DNA of 62,806 nt, filler included, from Rhabdomonas costata (Eukaryota), in NCBI GenBank assembly GCA_019059605.1. It is 47 parts of 47 records of this genome, joined end to end, with 100 filler letters (N's around TTAATTAATTAA, not from the genome) between each part and the next. Parts side by side here need not be neighbours in the genome. Positions count along the whole stretch, not along the records: positions 61,569 to 62,806 come from JAHMHO010022409.1; 46 more parts are not named here. The stretch is one strand, 5' to 3'. Position numbers and translations under genes: made by a program. The notes beneath the pieces are model-generated. The model was not told where the DNA came from and ran no database searches. It saw only the letters and a program-made list of their open reading frames with translations. Of the stretch, positions 61,701-62,806 are shown in pieces; position 1 is the stretch's first letter; every line of letters starts with the position of its first letter.

Positions 61701-62806
61701 CAATCCTGTGCCTGGGAGAACATTAAAGGGGAAGAAATGCACAAGAACAGGCACGTGCCTGGGGAGGCTGGCGCTCTGCGTCATTGGTGTCGTCGTCTGA
61801 GGAAAAGCCCTCGGGGCAGCTCTGCTCCAGCGCATGCAGTCGCTTCACTTGCTGCTCCATCGGCTCCAATGAGCTCACCTGAGCCATGATAAGCATCGAC
61901 ACATATGCCCTGCGGGAGTGCGATGGCTTCTGACTCGCTGTCACTCTTTCTGCGGTTTGCGTGTGGTGGGTGATCAGTGTCTGCTTTCAGTGAATGTCAG
62001 GCGGCTCGACACAACAGCTGCAGCTGCGGCATCCGTAGAGGCGCGAAGACTGCCAAGCTGTGCAGTGAAAGAGCCACAACTGCACACTGCCCACCCAAAC
62101 CCTGCTGCAGGGCAGGAGGTCCCGGGCTTTGGGAATGGGATGCAAGATGGGACGCAAGAGAAGAAGCAGGAAGGTAAAGAGGGCAAGGTGCACACCTTGC
62201 CTCTTGCGCGGTTGCGCTGGAGCTTCTTCTGGTGAACCTCCACCAAGCCCTGCAAAGCCTTCCGCAGGCTGCTCGGCTGAAGCGAAGAAAACAATCAGTC
62301 ATGCTGACCCGGTTCATCCCAATCCGACCCAAGGTGTGCACTGAAGGCGCACAGACCACACCACACGCACCTAGCCCGAGAAGCAGGAAGGATCATGCGC
62401 TTTTCTCGACTCCGTCCTCGCATATGACCTATGCCCGTCAGGCTACCGCGTCTGGAAGCTCTTGGCAGTACGTCACGGCACAATCATCTCATTGGAGGGG
62501 AGGGGGTAGACCTCTAAGAATTTAGAAAAAGAGATGGATTGGATTAACCAAAACCAGCCCTGGGGGCTGCTTGATACAAAAACGTCCTCCCAACGCGGCA
62601 CTAAGTGGGCGGTCTCGAACATTCTCAAGTAAGCCAGGAAGCATAAACTTTCGCTCTTTTTGGATTGTGTGCTGCTCCATTCCGAGCCACAGCGGAGTGC
62701 TTGTCCACGACCAACCACAGCGTTGCATTGACGGGGCACGGGCATACCTCTGGTGGCTCGCCCTCACAGTCGCTGTTGTTTCCATCGGAGGCCTCATCCT
62801 CCGTGG

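Overview
This window is not a contiguous locus. It is 47 unrelated ~1.24-kb contigs joined by an artificial 100-nt linker (N44-TTAATTAATTAA-N44, stops in all six frames), so gene neighbourhood across linkers means nothing. The DNA is eukaryotic and intron-rich. Short GC-rich exons with GT-AG and several GC-AG introns encode recognisable pieces of aldehyde dehydrogenase, RPL36, SNF1/AMPK-alpha, an ABCC transporter, a GH3 NagZ-type hexosaminidase, an STI1-like TPR protein, an AGC-type kinase, a GT77-type glycosyltransferase, VMA21, UBA and CUE proteins, an LCIB/theta-type carbonic anhydrase, a class III adenylate cyclase of the trypanosomatid receptor-cyclase type and a catalytically degenerate calpain-like protein. 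This mix suggests a free-living euglenozoan (diplonemid/euglenid-like) protist, which is inference only. Perfect fold-backs at contig ends suggest whole-genome-amplified (single-cell) DNA. Mobile DNA includes a decayed Ty3/gypsy pol, a CRE/RLE-type non-LTR remnant, a PIF1/Helitron-like helicase pseudogene and MITE-like hairpins. The most intriguing item is contig 9374-10612: an array of conserved ~35-70-nt motif blocks in both orientations, separated by unique spacers. One spacer encodes a short nad5-like piece (LG...HYVTHAF), a candidate fragmented, module-type mitochondrial chromosome. Family calls rest on recalled motifs; no database searches were run.
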